From the NCBI GenBank assembly GCA_964106915.2, contig OZ066915.1: DNA of 64,000 bases. One strand, written 5' to 3'. The translations under genes were made by a program, and so were the position numbers. Every line of letters starts with the position of its first letter. Position 1 is the stretch's first letter. The notes below the pieces were generated by a model. That model did not search any database. It had not been told where the DNA came from and saw nothing but the letters and a program-made list of their open reading frames with translations. This stretch comes from Podarcis gaigeae (lineage: Eukaryota). Below are positions 49,989 to 60,672 of this stretch, in pieces.

Positions 49989-50448
49989 GTAGATATCGGC
50001 TCTGAGGAAAGGGTGGCATTATGGCTGTGTGTCCTACAATTCCCCATCCCTGACCACTGGCCACCCTGGCTGGGGCTGATTGGAGTTGCAGTCCAGCAAC
50101 ATATGGAGAGAGACAGGTTCCCCATTTTCGCTACTGCAGTGTGATAAGCAGGAGGAGGGCAGGCAGCTGATCTTTTGGGTCCTGGGCTAATGCAGTAACT
50201 GTGCAGAAGTTGTGCAGGTCTGGGTCTGGTCAGTGCTTGGAAGGGAGACCATCCAGGAAGGAAAGATCTGTGCACTGCAATCACAGAGGGAAGATGGAAT
50301 ATATACACGGCACAGATAAATAAGACTCACCAGTATCAACTGGAGAGCAGTTGCCAAAGAGTTTGCATTGCTTGCAAAAAAAAGAGTAAATCGCAGCAGC
50401 TCTTCTGTGACCATTCAGTCCAGATGCTTCATTCCTTTCCTTCTCCAG

Positions 50449-50608
50449 ATGGGATTGCCCCAGCCGCTTGCAGATTAAGTAGGAATTTCCTGACCCCAGT
50501 GCACTTTGCCTCCAAGTGCCAACTCCAGCCTCTGAGAGTTTGCCTGCATCCTGACCCTCCGCAAGTCCTTGAAGTTCACATCATCCTCTCCAAAGGAGTT
50601 GCACCAAG
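50449..50608 (+). CDS. TGFBR3L: TGFBR3L exon, orphan domain part 4
   Basis: DGIAPAACRLSRNFLTPVHFASKCQLQPLRVCLHPDPPQVLEVHIILSKGVAP (cf. C..NFL...C...EVHII); 160 nt, phase 1-2. Confidence 0.92.
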
Positions 50609-50860
50609 GTGCGTGCCACGGAGGCATCGCCAGAGCTTCAGCATGCGGCTGTTGAACCGGGGGGGGGGGGGAGCAGGGGGTTGGCAAAATGTTCATAACG
50701 AGATGCCGTGTCTTGAACAGGGAGGTTGAAATTGTTCTTAGTGTAGATGGGGAAGGGGGACGGTGAGGAAGAATGAAACCTATGCAAGAAGCTGCCTATG
50801 ATAAGTGACCCTTGTGTTAAAATGGATAAGATATAATAAACAGGAGCATGGAAGCTGGTT

Positions 50861-50993
50861 CATCTAGCCTGGTACTGCTGACACAGACTGGCAGCAGATC
50901 TCCCATGTCTTTCTCAGCTCTGTCTGGAGATGACGGGGATCGAATCTCTGCCCTTCTGCATGCAGAGCAGTTGCCCTGCCACTTAGCTACGGC
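50861..50993 (-). mobile_element. tRNA-derived SINE (same type as 47835)
   Basis: Reverse complement gccgtagctaagtggcagggcaactgctctgcatgcagaagg..gattcgatccccgtcatctccag. Confidence 0.65.
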
Positions 50994-51176
50994 ACTTCCC
51001 CCGAAAGTCAAGGCCAGATGGACACTGAGCCAAAAACGAGTAGCGACAGTGGCTGGTATTAGGCCTTGAATATTGGGCAGGGAACTCTGAGTTGGGGGAC
51101 GGGTGGTGTGGGGCTTCACTGGCTTCCATCATGTGCTTAATCCTGTTGTGGTGGGGGGCAGCCTGCTCTCTTCTAG

Positions 51177-51318
51177 GCCCACCCTGGCTCATTTGACTGT
51201 GGAACTTCATGCTGTGCGAAGGCCCCCCCACTGGGGACTGATCTTGATACTGAAGAGTGAGGGAGCTGCTGAGTGGATGGTTCACACCCACCGCCTCACT
51301 GGCCGGCTGCATGTCCTG
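51177..51318 (+). CDS. TGFBR3L: TGFBR3L exon, orphan domain part 5
   Basis: PTLAHLTVELHAVRRPPHWGLILILKSEGAAEWMVHTHRLTGRLHVL (cf. NLILILK..VNWVI..GxLKVI); 142 nt, phase 2-0. Confidence 0.92.
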
Positions 51319-51458
51319 GTAGGGGCAGGACCTGCTCTGGGTATAGATCTGTAACGCTCTAGGCCAGCTAATATGCTTCTCTCTCTCCCCCTCCCCAAGT
51401 TGGTGGCAGTGGCACACATCTGGAAGGGAGCAGGGCACACATGTGCTCAAAGCCAGAT

Positions 51459-51680
51459 ACAGACGCTTCAGGTTCCAGACGTTTCAGGTTCCAGACTCCG
51501 CTAACCCAGAAATAGTGCTTCAGGTTAAGAACTTTGCTTCAGGATGAGAACAGAAATCATGCTCCAGCGGCACGGCAGCAGGGGGCCCCATTAGCTAAAA
51601 TGGTACCTCAGGTTAAGAACAGTTTCAGGTTAAGAACAGACCTCCGGAACGAATTAAGTTCTTAACCTGAGGTACCACTG
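51459..51680. mobile_element. Tigger/mariner-like MITE lacking its left end
   Basis: Internal cttcaggtt repeats; right TIR cctgaggtaccactg followed by TA. Confidence 0.7.
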
Positions 51681-52176
51681 TATAGCCAAGTGTGTCATCA
51701 ACATCAGTACAAAACTGGGTGGGATTTATTCCTTAATTAACCTGAGGTACCACTGTAGATGCATTATGCAGAATTGCAACCTTTCCTAGTGGAAGCAGTT
51801 TGGTAATTTTATATGCTTGGCTTCATGCTATTATAAGGGATATATTATGGAGGGTTCATTCTGCTAACTCCTGCCTTCACAGGTCCACTAGTGAGCTTTA
51901 CCAACCCTCTTCCATAAGCTTCCCCTGCATTCTCCCTATAACTCTAGGTTTGCCTCCTCCTCCTCCAGCCTTATTTATTTATTTATTTTTGCTAAAGTGA
52001 GCCAAGGAGTCTTACTTCCTGGCTCCAACTCTCCACCCCACTAGGCTACTCCCTCTTGGGAGTCTGTCTCCATGCTGCCATTTGATTCCCCTGGACCGTC
52101 TCTTGTTTATGGTGTGCTGCTGCTGCTCTCCATGTCTGGGCCTTGTATTGTAACTCAGGCTGGGATTCCTTTCTAG

Positions 52177-52363
52177 GCTTCGCACAAAGTCACAGTCAGC
52201 AGCACAGAAATGGATCTGCCTCTGACTGTGACCCAGCGGACGTCCCCTCGGCTGATGACCCTCGACCCTTTGCAGTTTGCAACGGAGCAGAATCTGCCTG
52301 CCTTTACATCCTACGTTGAGGCTGAGCGGGTGAACAGGTTTCTCCTTTTTGTTGGGATGAATG
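52177..52363 (+). CDS. TGFBR3L: TGFBR3L exon, orphan domain part 6
   Basis: ASHKVTVSS...LQFATEQNLPAFTSYVEAERVNRFLLFVGMN (cf. TSYTxAPVANRFHL); 187 nt, phase 0-1. Confidence 0.92.
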
Positions 52364-52583
52364 GTAGGTTTGGAGGGATTCAATGGACATGAATGGGAAA
52401 AGTGCCCACCAGAGAGCTTAGAGGCAAACCTCTAGTGACCGCTGCAGTAGATTCCTGGCATTTATATTCCAGTTCCTCCTGCACCATTTTACCCTAGAGT
52501 ATACAACCTCAGTTTTATTTTAGGAATGCACCAAATCAAAACATTTTCAGCATGAAAAGTATGCTTCCAAGGGGGCTGAAATG

Positions 52584-52585
<2 letters not shown>

Positions 52586-52618
<33 letters not shown>
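52586..52618. repeat. (AC)n microsatellite
   Basis: About 16 AC units. Confidence 0.95.
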
Positions 52619-52621
<3 letters not shown>

Positions 52622-53222
52622 CCAAAGCATATATTTTGGTGCTTGTTAACAGATGTTTTGCTGCTTCAGTGCCATTTTCCCAAACCCTTTTGAGAGCTTA
52701 TTTCCTAGTCGTTATGTGATCCCAGCCAATCAGGATTCACGTAGGGATGATAAATGGCGTCAAATAGGCAATCAGCTGTGGCTACAATGGTAAAATCAAG
52801 AAGGGCAAATGAAACTGCATTGCATTCTGAATCCTGAGCTCATGGAAGAGAAAAGGAAGGCGTGCCATATTATGTCAGAATGTGCAGACCTTTCACTTAG
52901 GTAACAGAAGGAATAGATACAGGGTTGCCAACATTCTTGGGCCCATGGGTAAGTCTGCAACAGAGATATTGTTGTGAGTACCCTCCCCTCCTCTCCTGCA
53001 AACTATTCTATGTGCTCCAATAGAATGCTTCTTCTGAGCCTAATTATAGTGCTGGGAGGGGAGGCTAGCTTGTAGACTGTAGAGAAGGCCTCTGTGAGCT
53101 GGGCACATGTGTTCTTTGGGACCACACTGGTGATGCTTGGAATAGATCATATTTTGATTAACAGCAGCAGTGTATAAGGCATATGATTGCATCACACCCA
53201 CACACCTGTATTTCCTTTGTAG

Positions 53223-53470
53223 GGGCCACACCTCCTCTAGAAGAGCCAACACTCTTTTGGCCCATATTTCTGCATCCTCCCAGTTTCACAGCCTCTCAAC
53301 AGGACTTTGCAGAAGCCAACACAGCTGGCTGGGAGGTGACAAGGCAAGACTTTGGGGGAGAGGATGGTTCCGTTACCTACCCACCGTCTACAGCCAAAAC
53401 AGAGGGGACAGAATCTATCTTGTGTCTTGGGGACCATAAGCCTATTCTTGAAAACCAGGACACTCAGAGA
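53223..53470 (+). CDS. TGFBR3L: TGFBR3L exon, linker plus first ZP-N strand remnant
   Basis: gtag|GG GCC ACA...CAG AGA|gtgagt; open in the required phase 1-0; ends SILCLGDHKPILENQDTQR; 248 nt. Confidence 0.8.
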
Positions 53471-53612
53471 GTGAGTAGCCAAGGATGACATCTCCAGATG
53501 GACAGAGGGAATCTACTTCCTACAGTGCCATTTCATGTGGATGTGGGATGGGTGGGTATTCTCTTGCCGTTCTACATCAATACCGCTCCACAGACCTGTT
53601 TTTCTCCTGCAG

Positions 53613-53792
53613 GTCTCCTGTGTTTCACCTTCTCCAACCCAGATATCTCCCTCAGAAGCCGCCACGGCCTTCCAGGATCCCCACCTTCACCTTGGCAATG
53701 CCCTCATTAACCTAGAGCTCTACAACACAGAGGCTTTTGCCAAGCAACTTGGACCTTTTGTCGTCTCAGCCAACAGCCCTGTCTTTGTGGAG
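53613..53792 (+). CDS. TGFBR3L: TGFBR3L exon, start of ZP-C
   Basis: VSCV...GNALINLELYNTEAFAKQLGPFVVSANSPVFVE (cf. GNxTFNMELYNTDLF...VYVE); 180 nt. Confidence 0.93.
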
Positions 53793-54505
53793 GTAAAGCG
53801 GACGATGAATATGCAAGAGCTGGCATTGGACGCAGCAGTTACACACCAGAATCTTGTCCCTAAGTGATTCCTCCTCTGTCCAGAGATCTGGTGGTTTGCA
53901 GCACTCCCTGTCTCTCTCAGAGCCTCAAACAGGGCAGTTGACCTGCTTGTTGCTTTGTGGGGGGTGATAAACTTACACTGTAGCTCTCAAAGGGACGAAG
54001 TAACAGGGGTGATTTGCCATCACGTTTTACCAGCTTAGAAGGGCAACGTGCATCCCAGGGAAGGTCATGATTTTGTAAGCAAAACAGCAAGGAATAGACT
54101 TAGCAGATTTCATACTGCGGCTCAATTCAAGGTCCAACTTTATGGTTGGTTGGCAATGAAAAAATAGGTATAAAAAGACAATTCCTGGATGCCAAGAGCC
54201 AAGTTTGGGGCAAGTATTCTTTGGTGAGAGAACCCCAGCAGAAATTTAAAACAACAAACATCTAGCAATGTAAAGCATGGAAATATAGGTTGTTATTCTT
54301 AGAATATGACTTTCTAAGTTCCTTCCAAAATTCCCCTCTTCTCCTGGCATAGAAAATACCATGTGTGTGGTAAGTTCAAAATGGTTTACTTACAGACTCT
54401 CCAATGATCAGATTCATGTGCTTTTCAGTGCAGCATTCAGAAAACGTTGGCAGCAAAACGGGCCCTGGTGTTTGCAGACTAGATGGTGTTTCCTTTTTCC
54501 TCCAG

Positions 54506-54826
54506 GCTTCCTTGGCAACCTATGACTCGTCTCTCAGCTTCACCATCCAGAAGTGCTTCATCTCTAGCTCCTCAGATGCTTCAGAGGCCTCAGTGTATCT
54601 GCTGGTCCAGCATGGCTGTCCTGTGGCCGCCGCCCAAGTCAGGCTGTGGAAACCCGAGCTGCCAGGCCAGGCCCAGGCATTGCCTCTGGGGTACCAGGAA
54701 CGCCAGCGACTGAGCTTTGTGTTGAGGCCACAGTCCAATGCCTCCATCCACTTCTTGCACTGCCGTCTGACTCTCTGCAGCAGGGGGTCTCAGGACCCCG
54801 CCAGACCCAAGGGCGCAATCCCCAAG
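54506..54826 (+). CDS. TGFBR3L: TGFBR3L exon, ZP-C core
   Basis: LSFTIQKCFIS...GCP...RLSFVLRPQSNASIHFLHCRLTLCSR...IPK; 321 nt; donor AAG|gtctct. Confidence 0.93.
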
Positions 54827-54980
54827 GTCTCTGGCTCCCTGGGCTGTAGAAAGAGCCTCCCAGTTAGCTGTAGAAATGAGCTGGCTGGGCTTATGGAGAA
54901 GCAGGTGGGATGTAAGTGGGCCGAGGTCTACCTCCCACTGTTGGGATGAGGCACTCTTCTGAAGCAGGTTTTTGTTTCAG

Positions 54981-55113
54981 TGTCAGTCTGAGAACGAGGC
55001 CTGCAGGGGAGAAGAGGAGGCGGTCCCAAGCCGCTTCCAGCGCACCATCACAAAGCCTATGCTAGTGACTGTGGAGACTCCGCTCCGAGCTGCCTCTCCT
55101 GGCCCGAAACCAG
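54981..55113 (+). CDS. TGFBR3L: TGFBR3L exon, ZP-C end and external hydrophobic patch
   Basis: CQSENEAC...RTITKPMLVTV (cf. CVxPDxAC...KTFTKPLAV); 133 nt, phase 0-1. Confidence 0.92.
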
Positions 55114-55629
55114 GTACTTTCCTGTGGGTTCTAGATAGCAGCCAGGAGAGAGCAGTTGGCTTGAAGGCTTTGCAGTTCAGCACCCTGGCTGCATGCTGGA
55201 GAGAACTGCCCTGCAGAGTGAGTGAGGAACTGAAAGAAACTGATGGGGGAGTCCTGCTTGCTGGGGAGATGGAGGTGTCTCCTTATGCATCTCTCCAGAG
55301 CAGAGGTGGTGGACCTGTAGCCCTCTAGATATTCTTGGACTCCAGCTCCCATCACCTCAAGCCACCATGGCCAATGGCAAGGGATGATGGGGCTTGTAGT
55401 TCACCAGCATCTCCTACCCAGGAGATTGATGCCTTGGATCTCACCATGCTACAGGCCCAGACTTTGCCAATGGCATCTTGCATGTTCATCCTGAGTGAAG
55501 CAAAGTAGCAATGATGAGCAGAGTTATGCACTCATTTCTTTTCTCCCCCTTGCCACCCGGAGGCTATTTTCTTCAGACACGCCCTCAGATTATCTGTTCC
55601 TTCCTTGACTTTGGTGTCTTTTTCTGCAG

Positions 55630-55704
55630 CTAAGGTCCCAGACAAACAACAAGGAAAAGCACCAAAGGATTCAGCCCACAAGCGGAAGACTCAGGTAGTC
55701 CGAA
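55630..55704 (+). CDS. TGFBR3L: TGFBR3L basic stalk exon
   Basis: Long pyrimidine tract, gcag|CT AAG...CGA A|gtaagt; 75 nt, phase 1-1; KVPDKQQGKAPKDSAHKRKTQVVR. Confidence 0.7.
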
Positions 55705-55988
55705 GTAAGTAAACATCCCCATGCTCTCTTGCTGGCCTTGTTTCCCAGGGATTTGGGGACTGAAATTGGTTTTAGACTGGAATTCTACTCCTGGCTCTGG
55801 GGGGGGGGGGAGTGGAGTTGAGGATTCCTGCTGCTGTGGGCTGGAGCAAGAACTCTGATCCTCAGACTTTTTCATTCTCTATTACCCCATTTTGGGCCCT
55901 GGCCCATCTCCCCTTCCTGGACAGAGAGTGAGAACGAATTTTTGTGCTCTTTCTCCACACATCCTCCCCATATCCCGCTTCTTTGTAG

Positions 55989-56099
55989 CTGCAGCTGCGC
56001 CAGGCCAGACGGTCCCCGCAGTAATTGGGATAGCTATTGCAGCCTTCCTCATCGGCATCTGCCTCACTATTGGGCTCTGGTTCATTTACACCTATACAG
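55989..56099 (+). CDS. TGFBR3L: TGFBR3L transmembrane exon
   Basis: VPAVIGIAIAAFLIGICLTIGLWFIYTYT (cf. [26 protein letters not shown]); 111 nt. Confidence 0.95.
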
Positions 56100-56945
56100 G
56101 TAGGTATGGAGAGGGTCCCCTCAGTGCTGTAGGTACCATCTATTTTACTTGAATGATTGATTTTTGGCAAAGCCTGGGGGAGCACACCTTAGCATTTCTG
56201 TAAAGGTAGACTGGGCCACATGTCCGAGATGGGAAAACTCTAAATTATAGATCATGAAACCTTTCCTCAACCTATTGCCTTCCAGCTGTTTTGGATTTTA
56301 GCTCTCATCACTAGCTAGCCATGCTTGCTGGGCCTGGACCTTGAGTTGTTCTCTCAAGCAGCTGGAGGGCACCAGGTTGGGGCTGATTGGCTTCTGCCAA
56401 CTGTCTGCCTCCATCTCTTCCGTCAGAGCCAGAATATGCATTATGCAGTCACATGTACCAAGGTTGAGTTACAGTAGGCCATGGATCTTGGGGTGGAAGC
56501 TGGCAGCCAAATGATCCCCATTGCTGTTGGCTTCTAGGAAGGATCAAAGAATGGGAAACATGACCTTTAGGCGATCGAAGATGCAGCAGCTGAAATACAT
56601 ATTGGAATCAATGGGATTATGTGTCTAGGAAATTCACATCATTATTCATTTTGGTCTGCTTTTGCACAGTTGTACTTGTCCACCCATCCACCATGGAAAA
56701 AAGAAATAGAAACAGAACAAATAGGATGATAAAAAGGCCAGACAGCCAAAGGAGGAAAGTAAAGGTCAGAGGGGAGGGAGAGGGATTTATGTGCACATCC
56801 ATATTATTGATGCCAGTCTGCTTTTTATTTCTGGTTATTTTTTATTATTAGACAGTGCACATGCATTTTCACACCTTTCTCTGAAATGAGACGGTCTGAA
56901 CAAAGCTTTAATTACTAAATTTTAATGCCAGCCTTGAACTTGTAG

Positions 56946-56990
56946 GTGGGTCGGCTTCCGGGAGGAGGAGCCAGCCTGCAGCTGAGACCG
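56946..56990 (+). CDS. TGFBR3L: TGFBR3L cytoplasmic exon 1
   Basis: gtag|GT GGG TCG...GAG ACC G|gtaagg; GGSASGRRSQPAAET; 45 nt, phase 1-1. Confidence 0.75.
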
Positions 56991-57749
56991 GTAAGGTGAC
57001 ACATTGGCTTTTGAGAAATCCTTCATTTGAGCAGAGGCTTTGATTCTGCACTCATTTCCATCTCTGGCTGTGAATGGAATCGGTGGTGCGCACTTATAAT
57101 AACTTTTAATTATTTTTCAATGTTTAATTGTTTCAAACTGGTTCTTTAGTTGATAATTTCAACATTATAAGCACCTTAGAGGTTTGACTACAACTAAGCA
57201 GTATACAAAATTTGTTAAATAATAATGAATACATATTGCATGGGTGTCCAGTTCAGCAACCGCAGGCACATATGCACCTTGAGACCTTCCTGGTGCCTGC
57301 AAGTCCCCTTCCCTCTGCTGAAATAAGTCACCTATTGTAGCTAATATAAGGCAGGGAGAGTTCTCTCCCAGCTATACCTAGAGATGCTGGTGAACTGAAC
57401 CTTCTGCATACACCTGGATTCGTTTGAAGCATCCATAATGCAAAGGCAGAGCCAGGAATTCAAGAAAGCTGTCCTTACTACAGCAGGTTGCTGTATGCAA
57501 GAGAGCCAGTTCATTGCCTCCAGGATTAGCCAGTTTTAAATATACCCAAGCAGTTTTGCTTCATCTCAATACTTAAAAGTGGAACATTATAAATATGCTA
57601 AGACTTGGAGAAACTAACATATGCAAATAGGAAGAGGGTGCATTTGTTTACCTCTGGAAGGGGGTTAGTGTGGTGGTGAGATGGATGGTTGCAGTGCAAT
57701 TGGGGGCGGGTGGGGGGCACTGCTGCATTTTCTTCCTTCCTCCTGCTAG

Positions 57750-57865
57750 ACCCTGTAGGACCATCTGCTCCAAAGCGTGAAGACACTTTGTCAGCTCCAG
57801 CTGCAGCTGGCCCTGCACGCCGCACGTGGTGCTCTACCCTAAGAAGCCTCTACCGAAGAAGGTAA
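57750..57865 (+). CDS. TGFBR3L: TGFBR3L cytoplasmic exon 2 (stop TAA at 57863, or donor after 57861)
   Basis: Pyrimidine tract, ctag|; DPVGPSAPKREDTLSAPAAAGPARRTWCSTLRSLYRRR*. Confidence 0.65.
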
Positions 57866-58027
57866 CTAGATTTCAAAAAGTTCATGGGAGGAATGAATTT
57901 GGAGAATTGGAAGGGGATTATTTATTGACTTGGATCTTTTGTGCCCCCTGCATTTCCAGAGTTTGCCTCTGCAAATATGCAGGCTTATGCAAGTAGCGTG
58001 GTGATGTTTTGGGGTGATTTTTGTTGA

Positions 58028-58962
58028 TAATAATAATACAATAATTTATTATTTGTACCCTGCCCATACGGCTGGGTTTACCCAGCCATTCTGGGCTGCT
58101 TCCATCAAAATATTAAAATACAGTAGTCCTTCAGATATTAAAAGCTTCCCTAAACAGGGCTGCCTTCAGATGTCTCCTAAAAGTCTGGTAGTTGTTTTTT
58201 CCTTTGACATCTGGTGGGACAGTATTCCACAGGGTGGGAGCCATTACCGAGAAGGCCCTTTGCCTGGTTCCCTGTAACTTTGCTTCTTGCAGTGAGGGAA
58301 CCGCCAGAAGGCCCTCAGTGCTGGAGCTCAGTGTCTGGGCAGAATGACGGGGGTGGAGCCGCTCCTTCAGGAAAACTGGACTGAGGCTGTTTAGAGCTTT
58401 AAAGGTCAGCACCTACACTTTGAATTGTGCTCGGAAACGTACTGGGAGCCAATGTAGGTTTTTCAAGACTAGTGGTATGTGGTCTCAGCGGCTGCTCCCA
58501 GTCACCAGTCTAGCTGCCGCATTCTGGATTAGTTGTAGTTTCTGGGTCACCTTCAAAGGTAGCCCCATGTAGAGCGCATTGCAGTAGTCCAAGCAGGAGA
58601 TAACTAGAGCATGTACCACTCTGGTGAGACAGTCTGCAGGTAGAAAGGGTCTCAGCCTGCATACCAGATGGAGCTGGTAAACAGCTACCCTGGACACAGA
58701 ATTGACCTGCGCCTCCATGGACAGCTGTGAGTCCAAAATGACTCCCAGGCTGCACACCTGGTCCTTCAGGGGCACAGTTACCCCATTCAGGACCAGGGAG
58801 TCCTCCATACCTGCCCGCCCCCTGTCCCCCCAAAACAGTACTTCTGTCTTGTCAGGATTCAACCCCAATCTGTTAGCTGTCATCCAATCTCCAACCGCCT
58901 CCAGACACACCCACAGGACCTTCACTGCCTTCACCGGTTCCGATTTGAAAGAGAGATAGAGC
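58028..58962 (-). mobile_element. 5'-truncated L2-clade LINE (RT C-terminus, broken frame)
   Basis: WMTANRLGLNPDKTEV, LGVILDSQLSM, LDYCNALYMGLP, LQLIQNAAARL, RAFSVMAPTLWN; AAT-rich tail. Confidence 0.92.
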
Positions 58963-59443
58963 TTTCAGCACATTTGTTTAACTTTTAATGGATTTTTGTT
59001 GCATATTGTACTTTGTCTGTTGTCTCTGCAACTCACTTTGGGACTTGAAGCAATACACCAGTTGAATAGATGGAATTGTTCATGGGATGCCTTCCATGTC
59101 TGTAACTGAGAGATGGAAGTCAAAACTAGTAGGGATCTTGTATTTGAAAATGGTCCTTTTCTGTTGTTCATCTCATATTAGCATTCACAAATGAGATACT
59201 CCAGCCCGAATGGGAGGAAATTTTTTAGGGTCAGTTATAAAACCATTCATCTACAGCATGAAGCACTGCAACTGTTAGCTGATGAGTCTGTGGTGGTAGC
59301 ACAATGACGAATATGTAAAATGTTTGCAGGACGAGAGAGGAATGGGGAGCCTCGGTCTGCAATAGGTTGGCAAGAGAGGCAGGCAAAGCAGGGCCAGTGG
59401 GGAAGTCTAGCCTGTCATCCGCACTGATTTATCTATCTTGTAG

Positions 59444-59450
59444 GTTCTAG
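59444..59450 (+). CDS. TGFBR3L: Possible terminal TGFBR3L exon start (...RRRF*), then 3'UTR
   Basis: ctgat branch-like motif, tcttgtag|G TTC TAG; fits the phase-2 donor at 57861. Confidence 0.45.
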
Positions 59451-60672
59451 GATGTTTTTCCTGTGACCAAGCACCTGTTTCGGTGAATCCGCTTGCATTC
59501 CCCTGTACCAGCAACTCTTTCAGGCCACAACATCTTTATGGCTTCAGTCCAGCAGCACAACTGATTCTGAATCAATACCTTTCGACACTGGAAAACCTCA
59601 GACTTTAAGCTTTAGCTTAAATATGCAATTGTGTTTTCTGGCAGTTGTATGGGATTTTCATTGATTTGGGTAGCTGCCTGGAGAGAGCTGTGCTGCTTCT
59701 TCATTGAGTTTTGCTCTTTGTATCTGCACTGCCGAGTGTGGACTAAAAGGCAAACTCAGTCTCAAATCTTCGCAGAATGTTTGCACTACTGCCTATCAGG
59801 TCTGCAATTTCCCTCACTTTTGGGGAAGCTCTTAGCTACCATTGTGGCCTTGCAATCGCTCTTAGGCCTGCTTCAGCACTTTGGGAGAAGAAAACCATCA
59901 TTGCATTTGGCTGACATTGCCACTGGTGATTTGGTTTTTGCTTCCTATCTGACTACAGTAATACCTTGTACTCTCTTTGTAGGAATGTTATGTTGTGATA
60001 TAAATTCAAGTTTTCATGCCATTGCCCAGCTTCACAAGGAAAAAAGCCCAGGATAGACAACTGGAAAGTATGTACTTGAGAATTTGGCTGGAGACAGAGT
60101 AAACAGCCTCTAAATCTTATGTGTGATCATAAGTGTGGAGAGAAAAGGTGAATGTTGCTTTTGGTATATTTTCTTCAGCAAATACAGAAATAGCATGCAA
60201 TCAATTCCACCCATAAACTGTGCTATTGTAGGGAAGGAAACGCTGTATTTTGGGCAGGGATGGTGAACATGTGATCCTGCTGGACTCCAACTCCCATCTC
60301 CTCCAGCACCGGTTACACGGACTGGGGTTGGTGGGAGTTGGAGTCCAACCTCCCTGATATTGCCAGATATTTCGCATGAGGCTTGGGAGTCTTGTGTTAC
60401 TTCAGGAAAGAGCCATTGCTTGTGTTGCAGAGCTTTCAGCCTGATATGCTGTCGTGTTTGTGAGTTTTGTGAATTAGCTGGATACCATGATCTAGGCCTT
60501 CATGCAGCAAATGTAACCCAGAACTCCCACATGGGCAGGTAGTACAATTCTTTTGTAGAAGAAACTATGCGCTGGGCACCCACCCAATGCACGCAGGTGT
60601 TGTTTTCTCTGTGACTAACACCCACCATCACCACTAAAGTCGGAGACAGAATTATTAAGACAGTGTAAATAG

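Noticed and set aside
45557-57865. Calling the gene TGFBR3 (betaglycan) or ENG
   Set aside because: Compact gene next to MAP2K7, strongly diverged, without ZP-N, GAG sites or the conserved tail; synteny favours TGFBR3L
58131-58934. RT-like ORFs as a functional or domesticated gene
   Set aside because: 5'-truncated, interrupted L2 copy lacking the catalytic RT core
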